64,000 nt of DNA. It comes from Squalus acanthias (taxonomy: Eukaryota). The stretch lies in the NCBI GenBank assembly GCA_030390025.1, contig CM059431.1, forward strand, positions 158,660,001-158,724,000, given 5' to 3'. This document shows, piece by piece, positions 1-13,400 of the stretch. A model generated the notes under the pieces. That model had not been told where the DNA came from. It was given only the letters and a program-made list of their open reading frames with translations, and did not search any database. Within the stretch, counting starts at the first letter, position 1. The number at the start of each line of letters is the position of its first letter. Position numbers and translations under genes: made by a program.

Positions 1-699
1 TTATTCAAAAATTTGGATTAGCGAAAGGATTGGGAATCTTTCATAGATCGTGAACTCTCAATCGATTGCAAACCGTCAATAATCTGTGAAATTATCAATA
101 GATTGATAATCGATGAATCAGGAAACATTAATTGTTCTGAGATCATGAAGAAGCGGCAAAGATCTGCGATAAATAATTTATGTACGTAACATCGAACGTC
201 TGGAACACAATGTTCACTCTGTGTCAATCGAAAATAAAATTTAAACTGTAGTGAATACTGACCTCAAAAAACGCTACTCCATGGTAAACTACTGCAGCAG
301 AATTTTTAAATGTTCATTGTTTACATGGCGTGTTTGACATTCCAGCGAAGACGATGGGAGACAAGGGAATTGGGGCTATTAAGAGCCTTTCGCGAAAAAA
401 ATAGTTTGTTAAAAATTGGAGCCTCAAAGCTTACACGTACAATGATCGAAACTGCACTCTTCGGTTTATGAGACCGACGCCTTTCTACTTGGACATTGCA
501 ACACACGGCAGTACAGCATATGCTGATGACTGGGCTAAAATGTTTAAATTCAGAAGACAGGTTACAAAGACTAGGCTTGTTTTTCAATGAGTATAAAAGA
601 TTAATGGATCCTCTAATTGAGCTGTTAACATGATTATCTGATTTGATAGCGTTTCTAATTACACGTACAATTAAACTGAATTAAATAAAACAAGGTTTT

Positions 700-1855
700 A
701 TAGGGATGGCAGTGCAGATGGTGTGCCGCAACTGCAGCATGTGGGAGTTTGTGGAGAGCCTTGTGATCCGGGACAACAACGTTTCCAGTAACTGACTGCA
801 ACTTGAGGAACTTCAGCTCAGAGTTATTGAGCTGGTTTCTGAGGTGTGGACATTGCGGGGTTTCAGAGATGGGGAGAGTTACCTGGAAGCTTTGATCCAG
901 GAGGCAGACACACCCCTTAGGTTAGGTAATGATACAGATCTGTTTAGCGGTCAGGGACAGGAGGGTGTGACTGCAACTCAGACAGCGAAGGGGACCCCAG
1001 CTGAAGTGCTGGAGGCGACTCAGCCTTTGCCCTTGTCCAACAGGTATGAGGTTCTTGCTGCATGTGTGGATGAAGGAAAAGCTTGCAGGATGGATGAGCA
1101 AGCTGACCATGGCACTATGGTGCAGGAGGCCATTCAAGTGGGTGAGTGAAAGGGAATGTAGTTGTGGTAGGGACAGTATACTCAGGGAGATAGATACGGT
1201 TCTCTGCAGCCGCGACCGAGAGTTTCAAAGGTTGTGTTGCCTGCCCGGTGCCAGGGTGAAAGACATCTCCTCGCGGCCGGAGAGGAACTTGGAGTGGGAG
1301 GGGGAGGATCCAGATGTCGTGGTCTTCGTAGGAATCATCAAGATAGGTAGAACTAGGAATGAGGTTCTGCTGAGGGAGTTTGAGGAGCGAGGCTCCAAAT
1401 TAAAAAGCAGAATATCAAAGCCAAATATCTCTAGATTGGTACTTGAGCCACGTGCAAATTCGCATAGGGACAAACAGATTCGAGGTTTAAATGCGTGACA
1501 CAAAGACTGGTGTGGAAGGAAGGGGTTTCACTTTATGGAGCACTGGCACCAGTACTGGGGAAAGAGGCAATTGTTCCGTTGGGACGAGCTCCACTTAAAC
1601 CAGACTGGGAAAAATGTCCTGGCGAACCGAATAGCAAGTGCAGTAGACAGGGCGTTAAAGTAATGAAGGAATGGGGGTGGGAGGTTAGAGGAAAGAGCCA
1701 GTTTTAAAGTAGCGAGAGAAATGTCAAGCTCTAGAGCAGAGTAGAGTTTTGGGTAAAAATCAGCAGAGTGGGTCAAAAAGGGACAGAGAGAGTAACCAAG
1801 ATAATAAGGCATCAGTGACAAATTGTTATCAGGGAAGAATAGAAATATGTCAAAG
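700..1855 (+). mobile_element. CR1 LINE (subfamily X), 5' part: degenerate ORF1 (Cys-rich knuckle, coiled coil, SGNH esterase) and ORF1/ORF2 spacer; continues at 5594
   Basis: ATG at 706. Peptides CRNCSMW, LPLSNRYEVL and RLCCLPGARVKDI match the ORF1 at 41565. The sequence resumes at 5594 with the EN start, colinear with the copy at 27450-27520. Confidence 0.85.
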
Positions 1856-4800
1856 CTGAAGAAGTGTGTTGGATAGTACAGGAGGGGAAGGTAGCTGCTG
1901 GAGGCAGAAGTAGTACCATATTAGATAGGAGCAGACTAAGAAAGAGTAGGAAAATTCAAAAAGGGGTTTAGAATGAATGTACATAAACCCAAAAAGTGTG
2001 GTGAATAAAATTGGTGAGCTACAAGCACAATTAGCCGTGTGGTAATACGATGTTGTGTCAATAACGGAAACGTGGATTAAAAATGGTGAGGACTGAGCAG
2101 TAATATTCAAGGTTTGAAGGTGTTCAGAAAAGATAGGGAAGAAAAAAAGGGAGGTGTGGTGACAGTGCTGATCAAGAAAGACATTGGCCCAGAATTTCGG
2201 CTCTTGTCGGATAAGTACGCGCTGTGTACTCACCCGTAAGGCCACTTGAATTGCCGGTTCCCCGCATGCACTGCGCATGCGCGGGAAACCGGAACTTCCG
2301 TTTCCCTGCAGAGAGGGGTTCAGAAGTCAAATGCGTGCACGGGAGAGGCTGCGCGCAAGCAGCGAACTTCGGTTTTTTTCAGGTACTCCGAACGTAAGTA
2401 TGGAGAAGCTGCACTTCTAAAAAGGAGGCACAAGGCTTGTTTTTAACAAGGTAAGTGGTTAATTAATTACAATTTAAACATTTTTTCAACAAGTTTATCT
2501 TTTTTAGATACTTTAAAGAAAGGTAAGTTTATTTTTAGCACCGTTAAAAAGTATAATTAATTTTTTCAAAAGTTTAAATTTTTGTTTGCAGTAGTTAGCT
2601 TATGTAACTTATAGTTATTTTAAAAATGTGATTTTTTTAAAATGTATTTGAAGTTTAAGTGTGGTTTTGGGGCCGATCTCTATTCATAGATTTGTCTGGT
2701 CTTCCTGTCAAATCTATGAATGAAAATGCCCTGCTAGGATTGGCTCCCCATGGCCCACGTGATCCCAGGGGACACTTTGAACTAACTGCGCCCCTGGGAT
2801 ACGCAAGCACTGTGCGCAGGCAGCTGAAGGAGGCCCAGGTCCCGAAGTCCTCGTGGGCCGAAAGCACAACTGCAGGCATGGTAGTTAAGTGCGCGCGCGA
2901 TGCTTTGACCCGCAGGAGGCCGGAAAGCCGAATTTCTGGCCCATTGTAGTGTTGGAAAGCGAAGATCTTCTTGAGAGGATAAGCACAGAATCCATTTGGT
3001 TAGAGTTGAGGAGCAAAAAGGGCATGATCACGCTATTGGGGGTATTCTACAGGCCTCCAAATAGTGAGGTGAAGGCAGAGGAGCAAATTCTGCAGGGAAA
3101 TCGCAGAGATATGCAGGAGCTATAGAGTGGTGCTATTGGGGGACTTTAATTACCCAAACATCGATTGTAATAGTGCTCGGGTAAAGGGAAAGGAGGGGCT
3201 TGAATTTCTGAAATGTGTTCAGGAGAATTTGCTTAACCAGTATGTTCTTGGTCCAACCAGGAAGGAGGCATTGCTGGATCATGTGCTGGGGAATGAGGTG
3301 TGCCAGGTCTGTGGGAGGACACTTGGGTAGGAGTGATCATCGTATCATAAGATTTAGATTAGCAATGGAAAGGAGCAAGGAGCAATCAAGGGTGTAACTT
3401 CTAACCTGGAATAGGGCTAACTTCAATGGGATCCCAGGGTATAATGGAACCAAAGACTGACAGGTGAAACTGTAATGGAACAATGGGTGACCTTTAAGGA
3501 GGAGATATTCCAAGTACAGACTAGGTACATTCCAACAAGACGGAAGGGAAAGGGAACCAAAGCGAGGGCTTCTCGGATGACGAGGGAGATCGAGAAGATG
3601 TTGAAACAAAAAAAAGAGGGTACACAATGAATGTCAGGTGAATTTTTCAAGGGAGAATCAGACCAAATACAATAAGTTGAGAGGAAAAATGAAGTTGAAA
3701 ATAGGATTGGCAAATAGAGAATATGAGAGTAGAATTGTGGTTAACATGAAAGGGAACACAATAATCTTCGACCGGCATGTAAACAGTAAGCGGGTAGTAA
3801 GAGGCTGGGTAGGGCTTATTAGGGACAAATAAGGTGATATATGCTTAGAGGCGCAGGGCAAGGCTAGAATACTCAATGAGAACTTTGTATCGCTGTTTAC
3901 TAAGGAGGTGCACGCTGACAAAATATCGGTATAAGTGGAAAAGGTAAAAGCAATGGAAGGGGGAAAATTGATAGACAGGATGTACTAGAAAGGCTGGATA
4001 TGCTTAGAGTGGATAAGTCGCCTGTTCCAGATGACTTGCATCCCAGGTTGCGAAGGGAATTCGGTGAGGAGATAGTAGAAGGGCTTGCCATAATTTTCCA
4101 ATCTGCCCTAAATGCGAGGGAAGTGGCTGAAGATTGGAATGTGGCAACTGTGAAACGATTGTTCAATAAAGGGTGTAAGGACAATCCTAGCAACTACAGG
4201 AGGGTCAGCTTAACATCAGTCGTGGATAATATTTTAGGAGCAATAATCAAGTAAAATTTGATGGGCACTTGGAGAGGTTTAAGCTAATTAAGGAGAGCCA
4301 ATACGGATTTCTAAAAGGCAGATTGTGTTTGACTAATTTAATAGAATCTTTTAATGAAGTAACAGGGAGGATTGATGAAGGGAATGCAACGGATGTTGTC
4401 AACATGAATTTCAGGAAGGCTTCTGACAAAGTACCACCCAGAAGGCTGGTTAACAAAATTGAGGATCACGGAATAGTTGGGTCAGTGTCAACTTGGATAA
4501 AGAATTGGCTTAAGGACAGAAGAAAGCGAGTGGTGAAAGTGGCTATTTTTCAGACTGGAGGATGGTAGACAGTGATGTTCCCAAGGGTCAGTGCTAGGGC
4601 CAATGCTTTTTTGATATACATAAATAACGTGTATATTGGAATACAGAGCAGAATTTCAAAATCTGCAGATAACACCAAACGTGGACGTGTGGCAAACAGT
4701 GATGACGCTATCAATCGATTGCAGCACGGCATGGAAAGGCTATCAGAATGAGCAGACAAGTGGCAGATGGAATTTAATAAAGATAAGTGTGAGGTGTTGC

Positions 4801-5593
4801 ATTTTGGCAGAATCAACAGAGAGAATTAATATACACTTAATGGGACAGTTTTAAAGATTGTGCAGGGACAGAATTACCTGGGAGTTAATGTGCATAGGTC
4901 CCTGAAGGTGGCGGACATATTGAGAAAGTGTTTAGCATAGCATATGGGATCTTGGGCTTCGAAAATAGAGGTCTGGAGTACAAAAGTAGAGAAGTTATGC
5001 TGAACCTTTATAAAGTGCTGGTTAGGCCACAACTGGAATATTGCTTCCAGTTCTGGTCACCACATTTTAGGAAGGATGTGAAGGCACTTGAGAGTGTGCA
5101 GCGGAGATTTACCAGAATGGTTCCGTGGATGGGGGATTTTAGCTACAAGGACAGGTTGGAGAAGCTGGATTTGTTTTCATTGTAGCAAAGGAGGTTGAGA
5201 GGTGATTTGATAGAGGTGTACAAGATTATGACGGGTTTGGATAGGCTAGACGGGGAAGGGCTGTGCCTACTAGTTGATGGTACATGACTAGGGACACAGA
5301 TTTAAGGTTTTGGGCAAGAGGCACAGGGGGGATGTGAGGAAAAATATATTTTACGCAGCGACTGTTGAGGACCTGGAACTCACTGCCGACGGACGTGGTG
5401 GAAGCGGAGACACTCAATCTTTTAAAGGGGAGGCTGGATAGGCACTTGAGGGAAATAACCTTGCAGGGCTACGGGGATAGAGCGGGGGTAAGGGACTGAC
5501 TGGATTGCTCTACAGAGAGCCGGCACGGACTCGCTCGACCGAATGGCCATCTTCTGTGCCGTTAAGACTCTATGAGGCTATGACCCTATGACT
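1856..5593 (+). mobile_element. 5'-truncated CR1 LINE (subfamily Y), decayed ORF2 (APE + RT), nested in CR1-X
   Basis: Peptides GVFYRPPNS, GDFNYPNID, NYRRVSLTS, CLTNLIE and LVRPQLEYC; (CTCTATGA)-like tail at 5567-5593; colinear with 22600-25583. Confidence 0.9.
2186..2942 (+). mobile_element. 757-bp non-autonomous TIR element (PIF/Harbinger-type MITE), family copy 1
   Basis: TIRs GGCCCAGAATTTCGGCT / AGCCGAATTTCTGGCCC and a 3-bp TSD ATT (2183-2185, 2943-2945). The empty site GACATTGTAG is visible in the paralogous CR1 at 22921. Confidence 0.88.
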
Positions 5594-8570
5594 AAACTGA
5601 ATGCATGGAGCATTCGCAAAAAAATAGATGAATGAATAGCGCAGATAGAAATTAACAGGATTGATCTAATAGCCATAACGGAGACGTAGTTGCAAAATGG
5701 CCAAGATTGGGAAATAAATATTCCAAGATTCTTAACATTTAGAAGAGATAGGCAAAATGGTAGCCCTGATAATAATGGGTGGGATGAAGACAGGCGACAG
5801 AAAGGAACTTAGCTCCGAAAATCAAGAAGAAAAATCAGTTTGGGTGGCACTAACAAACGGCAAGGGGCAGAATACAATATTAGGAGTCGTTCATAGGCCC
5901 CCAAACAGTAGCTGTAATGTAGGGCAGAATATAAATCAGCAAATTAGAAGCACATGCAACAAGGATAATACAGAAGCAATGGGAGACTTTAATATGCATA
6001 TAGACTGAGCGAACAATATTTTGAGTAATAGTGTGGAGGACGTGTTCATGGAATATATGCCAGGTAGTTTTCTAGATCAGTATGTTGAGGAACCAACTAG
6101 GGAACAGGCTATTTTATATCTAGAATTGTGCAATGACAAAGGTTTACTGAATAACCTTGTAATAAAAGGGCCTTTAGGGAAGAATGACCATGATACGATA
6201 GAATGCTATATTGAATTTGAAAGTGGTTTAGTTAAATCGAAACTAGGGTCTAATTCTAATCAAAGCAAACTACGTAGTTATGAGGAACGAGTAGGTTGAG
6301 GTAGATTGGGAAACTATATTAAAAGGTATGATGGTAGACAAGCAATGACTAGCATTTAAAGATTTGATACATTGTTTACAAGAAATATACATTCCTTTAA
6401 GGCACCAAAACCCCACTACAAAATTGTTCCAACTTTGGTAACAAGAGAAGGTAAAGATAGTATTAGATCAAAGGAAGAAACGTATAATGTTGCCAGAAAG
6501 AGTAGTAAGCCTGAGGATTGGGAGGATTTTAGAATTCAGCAAAGGAGGACCAAGAAATTGATAAAGAAAGAGAAAATAGAATAGGAGAGTAAACTTGCGA
6601 GAGGCATAACAACAGACTGTAAAAGCTTCTATCGGTATGTAAAAAAGAAAAGATTAGCAAAAGTAATCGTGGGTCTCTTACAGAATGAGACAGGAGCAAT
6701 TATACTGGGAATAAGGAATTGGATGTGAAATTAAACAAATACTTTGTGTCTGTCTCCACGGAGGTAGACGCAAAAAACGCCCCTGAAATAGTGGAAAACC
6801 AAGTGACTAGCGAGAATGAGGAACTGAAAGAAATTATTAATAGTAAAAAAAAGTACTGGAGAAATTAATGGGACTAAAAGCCAATAAATTCCCTGGACCT
6901 GATGGCCTACATCCTAGGTGGCTGTAGAGATAGTTTATACATTGGTTGTCATTTTCCCAAATTCTAGATGCTGGAACGGACCTCGCGGATTGGAAGGTAA
7001 CACATGTAACCCCATTATTTAAGAAAGGAGGGAGAGAGAAAACGGGGAACTACAGAGAAGTTAGCCTGACATCAGTAGTCGGGAAAATGCTGGTTTATAT
7101 TATTAAGGATGTGGTAACAGGGCACTTAGAAAATAATAGTTAGATTGGGCAGAGTCAACACGGATTTATGAAAGGGAAATCGGGTTTAACGAATCTGTTA
7201 AGTGTTTTTTGAGGTTGTAACTAGCAGAATAGATAAGGGGGAACCAGTTGATTAGGTGCATTTGGATTTTCAGAAGGCATTCGATAAGTTGCAACACAAG
7301 AAGTTATTAAACAAAATTAGGGCACATGGGATTGGGGGTAATATACTTGCATGGATTGAGGATTGGTTCACGGACAAAAAACAGAGCGTAGGAATAAACG
7401 GTTCATTTTCGTGTTGGCAGACTGTTACTAGTGGGGTACTGCAAGGATCATTGCTTGCGCGTCAGCTATTCGCAATTTACATCAATGATTTGGATGAGGA
7501 GACCAAATGTAAGATACCCAAGTTTGCCGATGATACAAAGCTGGGTGGGAAAGTAAGTTGTGAGGAGGATGCAAGAAGGCTTCAAGGGGATATAGACTGG
7601 CTAAGTGTGGGCAAGATCATGGCAAATGGAATATAATGTGGAAAAATGTGAAGTTATCCACTTTGGTAGAAAAAATAGAAAGGCAGAGTAATTTTAAATG
7701 GCGAGAGATTGGGAAATGTTGCTGTTCATCGGGTCCTGGGTGTTCTTGTACACGAATCACTGAAAGTTAACATGCAGGTACAGTAAACATTTAGGAAAGC
7801 AAATTATATGTTCACAGAATCACAGAATCCCCACAATGCAGATAGAAGCCATTTCGGCCCATGGAGCCTGCACCAACACAAATCCCACCCTATCCCCGCG
7901 TATTTAATCCCCCTAACACTAACAGTCAATTTATCATAGCCAAATAAACCTAACCCGCACATCTTTGGACTGTGGGAGGAAACCGGAGCACACGGAGGAA
8001 ACCCACGCAGACACGTGGAGAATGGGCAAACTCCACGTAGACATTCACCGGAGGCCGGATTCGAACCCGGGTCCCTGACCCTGTGAGGCAACAGTGCTAA
8101 CCACTATGCCACCGTGTTGGCCTTTATTACAAGAGGATTTGAGTATAATTGCCAAGACGTCTTACTGCAATTATATAGGATCCTGGTAAGACCACACCTG
8201 GATTATTGGAAGAGTAAGAGGTGATCTCATTGAAACATACAACATTCTTACAGGGCTTGACAGGGTAGATGTAGGGAGGATGTTTCCCCTGGCTGGGATT
8301 CTAGAACCAGGGGTCACAGACTCAGAATAAGGGGTCGGCCATTTAGGACAGGGCTGAGGAGAAATGTCTTCATTCAGAGGGTGGTGAACCTTTGAAATTC
8401 TCTACCCCAGAGGGCTGTGGAGGTTCACTCTTTGGGTATATTCAAGAAAAAGATTCATAGATTTTTGAATGTTTAGGGCAGCAAGGGAATTGGGGATAGT
8501 TCAGGAAAGTGGAGATGAGGTAGAAGATCAGTCATGATCTTATTCAATGGTGGAGCAGGCTCGAGGAACT
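5594..8570 (+). mobile_element. CR1-X remainder: decayed ORF2 and 3' end
   Basis: Peptides GVVHRPPNS, GDFNMHID, DFQKAFDK, SGVLQGS and FADDTKLGG; internal deletion near 8208. Confidence 0.9.
7813..8116 (-). mobile_element. tRNA-derived V-core SINE (HE1-like) with CR1-type tail
   Basis: Minus strand has A box TGGCATAGTGG, B box GGTTCGAATCC, V-core GCGTGGGTTTCCTCC...CCCACAGTCCAAAGATGTG and an (ATTCTGTG)n tail. Confidence 0.88.
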
Positions 8571-9305
8571 CGTCAAATAATCTCTTACATCGTTACCTCT
8601 GGAGTCCCCCAATGATCTATCATTGGTCCTCTTCTATTTCACCTCTACATGCTTTCCCTTGGCAGCCTCATCTGAAAACACAATGTCACGTTACACATGT
8701 ACGCTGATGATGCACATCTCTACCTCACCACCTAATCTCTCGAGCCCTCCACTTGCCCTGATGAGTCACAATCCTTGTGCTACATGCAGTATTGGATGAG
8801 CAGAAACTTTCTGCAACTAAATATTTGGAATACTTGAGCCAATGGCACAGAAATTTGACTCGGAGTCTTGCTGCTGGGGTAAGGATCGCGCGCGATATCA
8901 CACACCATGCCGGGCGTTGTGTTTTGGGCCCACAGGAACTTCGGGTCCTGGGCCTCTCCCTAGTGCCGGCGCGCAGTGTGTGCGTGTCCCAGGGGCGCAG
9001 TTAGTGCGATGCGACCTCTGGGATCACGTGGCCATGGAGAGCCAATGGAGACCTGTCACATCTGTGAATTCAAAGAGACCCCAAAAGAACAGCTAAACGT
9101 CAAATAAATTTAAAAAACAACCATCACATTAATAAAATAACTATAGTTAAATAAATTAACCACTTTAAACAAAAATTAAAATGTTTGTCAAAAGTAAAAC
9201 ATTTTTTAAAACTTATAAAAATAAACTTACCTTTCTTTAAAGTCTCTAAAAAAGATAAATCTGTTGAAAAAATTTAAAAAATATATACTTAATTAACTAC
9301 TTACC

Positions 9306-9576
9306 GTTAGATTTCACACTTCATTCAGCCTTAATCTGTCACATTAACACCACCTCTAGCCTTGCATATCTCTTAATGTCTCTGAATGTCTCTTCATCTC
9401 CTCCTTTGTTCCTTTATCCCCTCCCCCTTTTCCCAGCTTTACCCTGGCCTTAAATCTATTTGATTTCCAGCTCTTCCCAGTTCTGATGAAAGGTCATCGA
9501 CCTGAAACGTCAACTCTCTTTCTCTCTCCACGGATGCTGCCTGGCCTGCTGAGTTTTTCCAGCGTTTTCTGTTGTT
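9306..9576 (+). mobile_element. Penelope pLTR-derived short element
   Basis: 14-bp TSD ATTAACTACTTACC (9292-9305, 9577-9590); hammerhead core followed by the GATGCTGCCTGGCCTGCTGAG tail. Confidence 0.8.
9479..9515 (+). ncRNA. Minimal type I hammerhead ribozyme (GUC cleavage site)
   Basis: AGTT-CTGATGA-A-AGGTC(ATC)GACCT-GAAA-CGTC-AACT: stem I AGTT/AACT, stem II AGGTC/GACCT, palindromic ACGT stem III. Confidence 0.75.
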
Positions 9577-10498
9577 ATTAACTACTTACCTTGTTCAAAA
9601 GGGGTCTTACACCTTCTTTTAACTTGTGTAACATCTTCCATACTTACCCTCGCGTTGAAACCTGAAAAAAAACCTAAGTGTGCAGCGTGCGCACAGCATC
9701 TAGTGCGCACGCGGTTCACCTAGGAACCGCCCCCCTCGCCATACCGGAAGTGCCGGTTTACCGCGCATGCGCAGTGCATGCAGGAAACCGGCACTTCGGG
9801 ACCGAATACGAGTGAGTATGCAACGGGTACTCTCCCGTATTCGGCCGAATTTTTGGGCCATTGTCTTCGGTTGCACCAGTAACTTTACTTTCTAGCCAGT
9901 AACTCCATCGCACTCCCTGCCCATTGTCTGAAGCTGAGACAGACGGTTCGCCACCTTGGTGCTGTATTTGAGCCCTAAATGAGCTCCGACCACATATCCG
10001 CTCCAACGCCAAGACTGTTTACATCCAGCTCCGTAACTTCGCCCGTCTCTTCTCCTGCCTCAGCTCATCTGCTGCTGAAACTCTCATTCACGCCTTTGTT
10101 ATATCTAGACTTGACTATTCCAATGCTTTCCTGGACGGCCACCCACCTATCACAATTCATCAACTTTATCTTATCCTAAACTCCGCTGCAAGTATGCTAA
10201 CTCGTACCAAGACCAGTTCACCCATTACCCCAATGCTTTTGACCTGCATTCGCTCCCGGTCCGGCAAATCCTTGGTTTTAAAATTCTCATGCTTGATTTC
10301 AAATACGTCCATGGCTTTGCCCCTCCTTATCTCTGTAACTTCCTCCAACCTCACAACCCGCCGAGATCTCTGCACTCCAACGAATGCGCATCCCCGTTTT
10401 TCAGCGCCCCGTCTTCAGCTGCCTAGGCCCTAAACTTTGGAATTCCCTCCCGAAACCGCTCTGACATTCTATCTCTCGCTCCTCCTTTCAGACACTAA

Positions 10499-13400
10499 GG
10501 GCTGGCTTTTGATACTGGGGCAGGTTGGGTCGTGTCATTCACTTTTCGTGTTATTAACCCGACTGCAATTGGAGGTGGGAGATTTATGCAATTTTCACCT
10601 AATTGTGCAATTGAGTTCCAGCATGTGGGAACCCATGAACCAATTAGTGTTTTCAGTCTGAAAGTCGCCTCTGATGATGTCATCATTGCTGCTGCATTGA
10701 AGGTCTTCGAAGACTGCCTGGCCTTTGCTGTGAGAGGACCTGCAAAATAAGCAGCAGCCCTAAGTCTGCTCCCAGATAGAAACATAGAAACATAGAAGAT
10801 AGGAGCAGGAGGAGGCCATTTGGCCCCTCGAGCATGCTCCGCCATTCGATGAGATCATGGCTGATCATCCAAACACAGTACCCTGTACCTGCCTTCTCCC
10901 CATATCCCTTGATACGTTTAGCTTTAAGGAATATATCTAACTCATTCTTGAATATATTTAATGACTTGGCCTCAACTACCTTCTGTTGTAGAGAATTCCA
11001 CAGGTTCACCACTCTCTGGGTGAAGCAATTCTTCCTCATTTCTGTCCTAAATGGCTTACCTGTTATCCATAGATTATGACCCCTGGTTCTGGACTCTCCG
11101 ACCATCAGGAACATTCTTCCTGCATCTAGTTTGTCCAGACCTGTCAGAATTGTATATGTTTCGATGAGATCCCCTGTCATTCTTCTATACTCCAGCAAGT
11201 ATAAGCCCAATCGACCCAATCTCTCCTCATATGTCATTCATGCCATCACAGGTATCAGCCTTGTGAATCTTCGCTGAACTCCTTCCATGGCAAGAACATC
11301 CTTCCTCAGATAAGGCGACCAAAACTGCACACAGTACTCATGGTGTGGTCTCACCAATGCCCTGCACAACTGCTGCAGGACATCCCTGTTCCTATACTCA
11401 AACCCTTTCGCTATGAAGGCGTACATACGATTGCCTTCTTCACCGCCTGCTGCACCTGCATGCTTACTTTCAGCGACTGGTGCACAAGGACACCTAGGTC
11501 TCGTTGCACTTCCCCTTCTCCGAATCTATTGCCATTCAGATAATAGTCTGCCTTTCTGTTTTTGACAACAAAGTGGATAACCTCGCACTTATCCACATTA
11601 TAATGCATCAGCCACGCTTCTGCCCACTCACCTAGCCTGTCCAAATCATCCTGGAGTTTCTCGGTATCCTCCTCGCAGCACACACTCCCATCCAGCTTTG
11701 CGTCATCTGCAAACTTGGAGATATTACATTTAGTTACCTTATCTAGATCATTAATGTATATTGTGAATAGCTGGGGTCCAAGGACCGATCCCTGCGGTAC
11801 CCCACTAGTCACTGCTTGCCACTCGGAAAAAGACACATTAATTCCTACTCTCTGCTTTCTGACCTCCAACCAGTTCTCTATCCAAGTCAATACCTTACCC
11901 CCAATCCCATGTGCCTTAACTTTACACGCTAATCTCTTATGCGGGACCTTATCGAAAGCCTTTTGAAAGTCTAAATACACCACATCTACTGGTTCTCCCT
12001 TATCTATTTTCCCAGTTACACCCTGAAAAATTCCAGTAGATTAGTCAAGCACGATTTACCTTTTGTAAATCCATGTTGACTTTGTCCGATCCTGTCACTG
12101 TTTTTCAAGTGCTCAGCTATTACATCCTTTATAATGGACTCTAGCATTTTCCCCAATACCGATGTCAGGAAAAGCGGTCTGTAATTCCCCGCATTCACTC
12201 TACCACCCTTTTTGAATAGTGGGGTAACATTGGCTACCCTCCAATCCATGGGTACTGTTCCAGATTCCATCGAATGTTGGAAGATGATCAGCAATGCATC
12301 TACTATTTCTAGGGCCATGTCCTTAAGTACCCTAGGATGTAGATTATCAGGCCCTGGGGACTTATCGGCCTTCAATCCCGTCAATTTCCCTAACACCATT
12401 TCCCTGCAAATACTGATTTCTTTCAGTTCCTCCCTTTCATCAGACCGTATGTTCTCCAACATCTCTGGGAGGTTATTTGTGTCCTCCTTTATGAACACAG
12501 AACCAAAATATGCATTTAATTGGTCAGCCATTTCTTTGTTCCCCATTATAACTTACCCCGCTTCTGACTGCAAGGGACCTACACTTGATTTCACTAATCT
12601 TTTTCTCTTCACATATCTATAAAAGCTCTTACAGTCAGTTTTTATCTTTCCAGCAAGCTTACTTTCATATTCTATATTCCCCTTCTTAATTAATCCCTTT
12701 GTCCTCCTTTATTGAATCCTAAACTGCTCCCAATCCTCAGGGCTACCGCTTTTTCTGGCCAATTTATATGCCCTCTCCTTGGATCTTATGCAATCCCTAA
12801 TTTCCCTTGTTAGCCACGGTTGAGTCACCATTTTTGTTTAATTCTTATGCCACACTGGGTTGAACAAATTCTGTAGTTCGTCCATGCAGTCTTTGAATGT
12901 TTGCCATTGCCTATCCAAGGTCAACCCCTTGAGTGATATTCCCCAATCAATCATACCCAATCCACGCCTCATACCATCGTAGTTTCCTTTATTTAAATTC
13001 AGGACCCTAGTCTCTGATTCAACTACTTCACTCTCCATCCTGATGAAGAATTCTATCATATTATGATCACTCTGATCCAATGGCCCCGTACAACAAGGTT
13101 GCTTTTCATCCATTCTCGTTACATAATACCCAGTCTAAGATGGCCTGATCTCTGGTTGGTTCCTCGACATATTGTTCCAGAAAACCATCTCGTAAACATT
13201 CTAGGAATCCCTCCTCAACAGTATTTTTACTAATTTGGTTAGCCCAATCTATATGTATATTAAAGTCACCCATGATGACTGGTGTGCCCTTACTGCATGC
13301 TTCTCTAATTCCCTTTTAATGCCGTCCCCAACCTCCGTACTACTGTTTGGAGGTCTATCTACCACTCCCACTAAAGTTTTCTGTACCTTGTTATTTCTCA

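Larger units (their letters stand above)
8844..9859 (-). mobile_element. Harbinger-type MITE, family copy 2 (inverted), itself interrupted at 9306-9576
   Basis: TIRs GGCACAGAAATTTGAC / GCCGAATTTTTGGGCC, flanks AAT/ATT, internal homology to 2186-2942 and 30259-31000. Confidence 0.85.

Noticed and set aside
1..600. Short ORFs, including a ~55-codon plus-strand stretch at 22-189
   Set aside because: No recognisable motif, weak splice signals, and cut by the window edge; a host exon cannot be supported.
8040..8116. tRNA gene (also 32140-32206)
   Set aside because: The A and B boxes belong to SINE heads fused to core and LINE-tail sequence; there is no complete cloverleaf.
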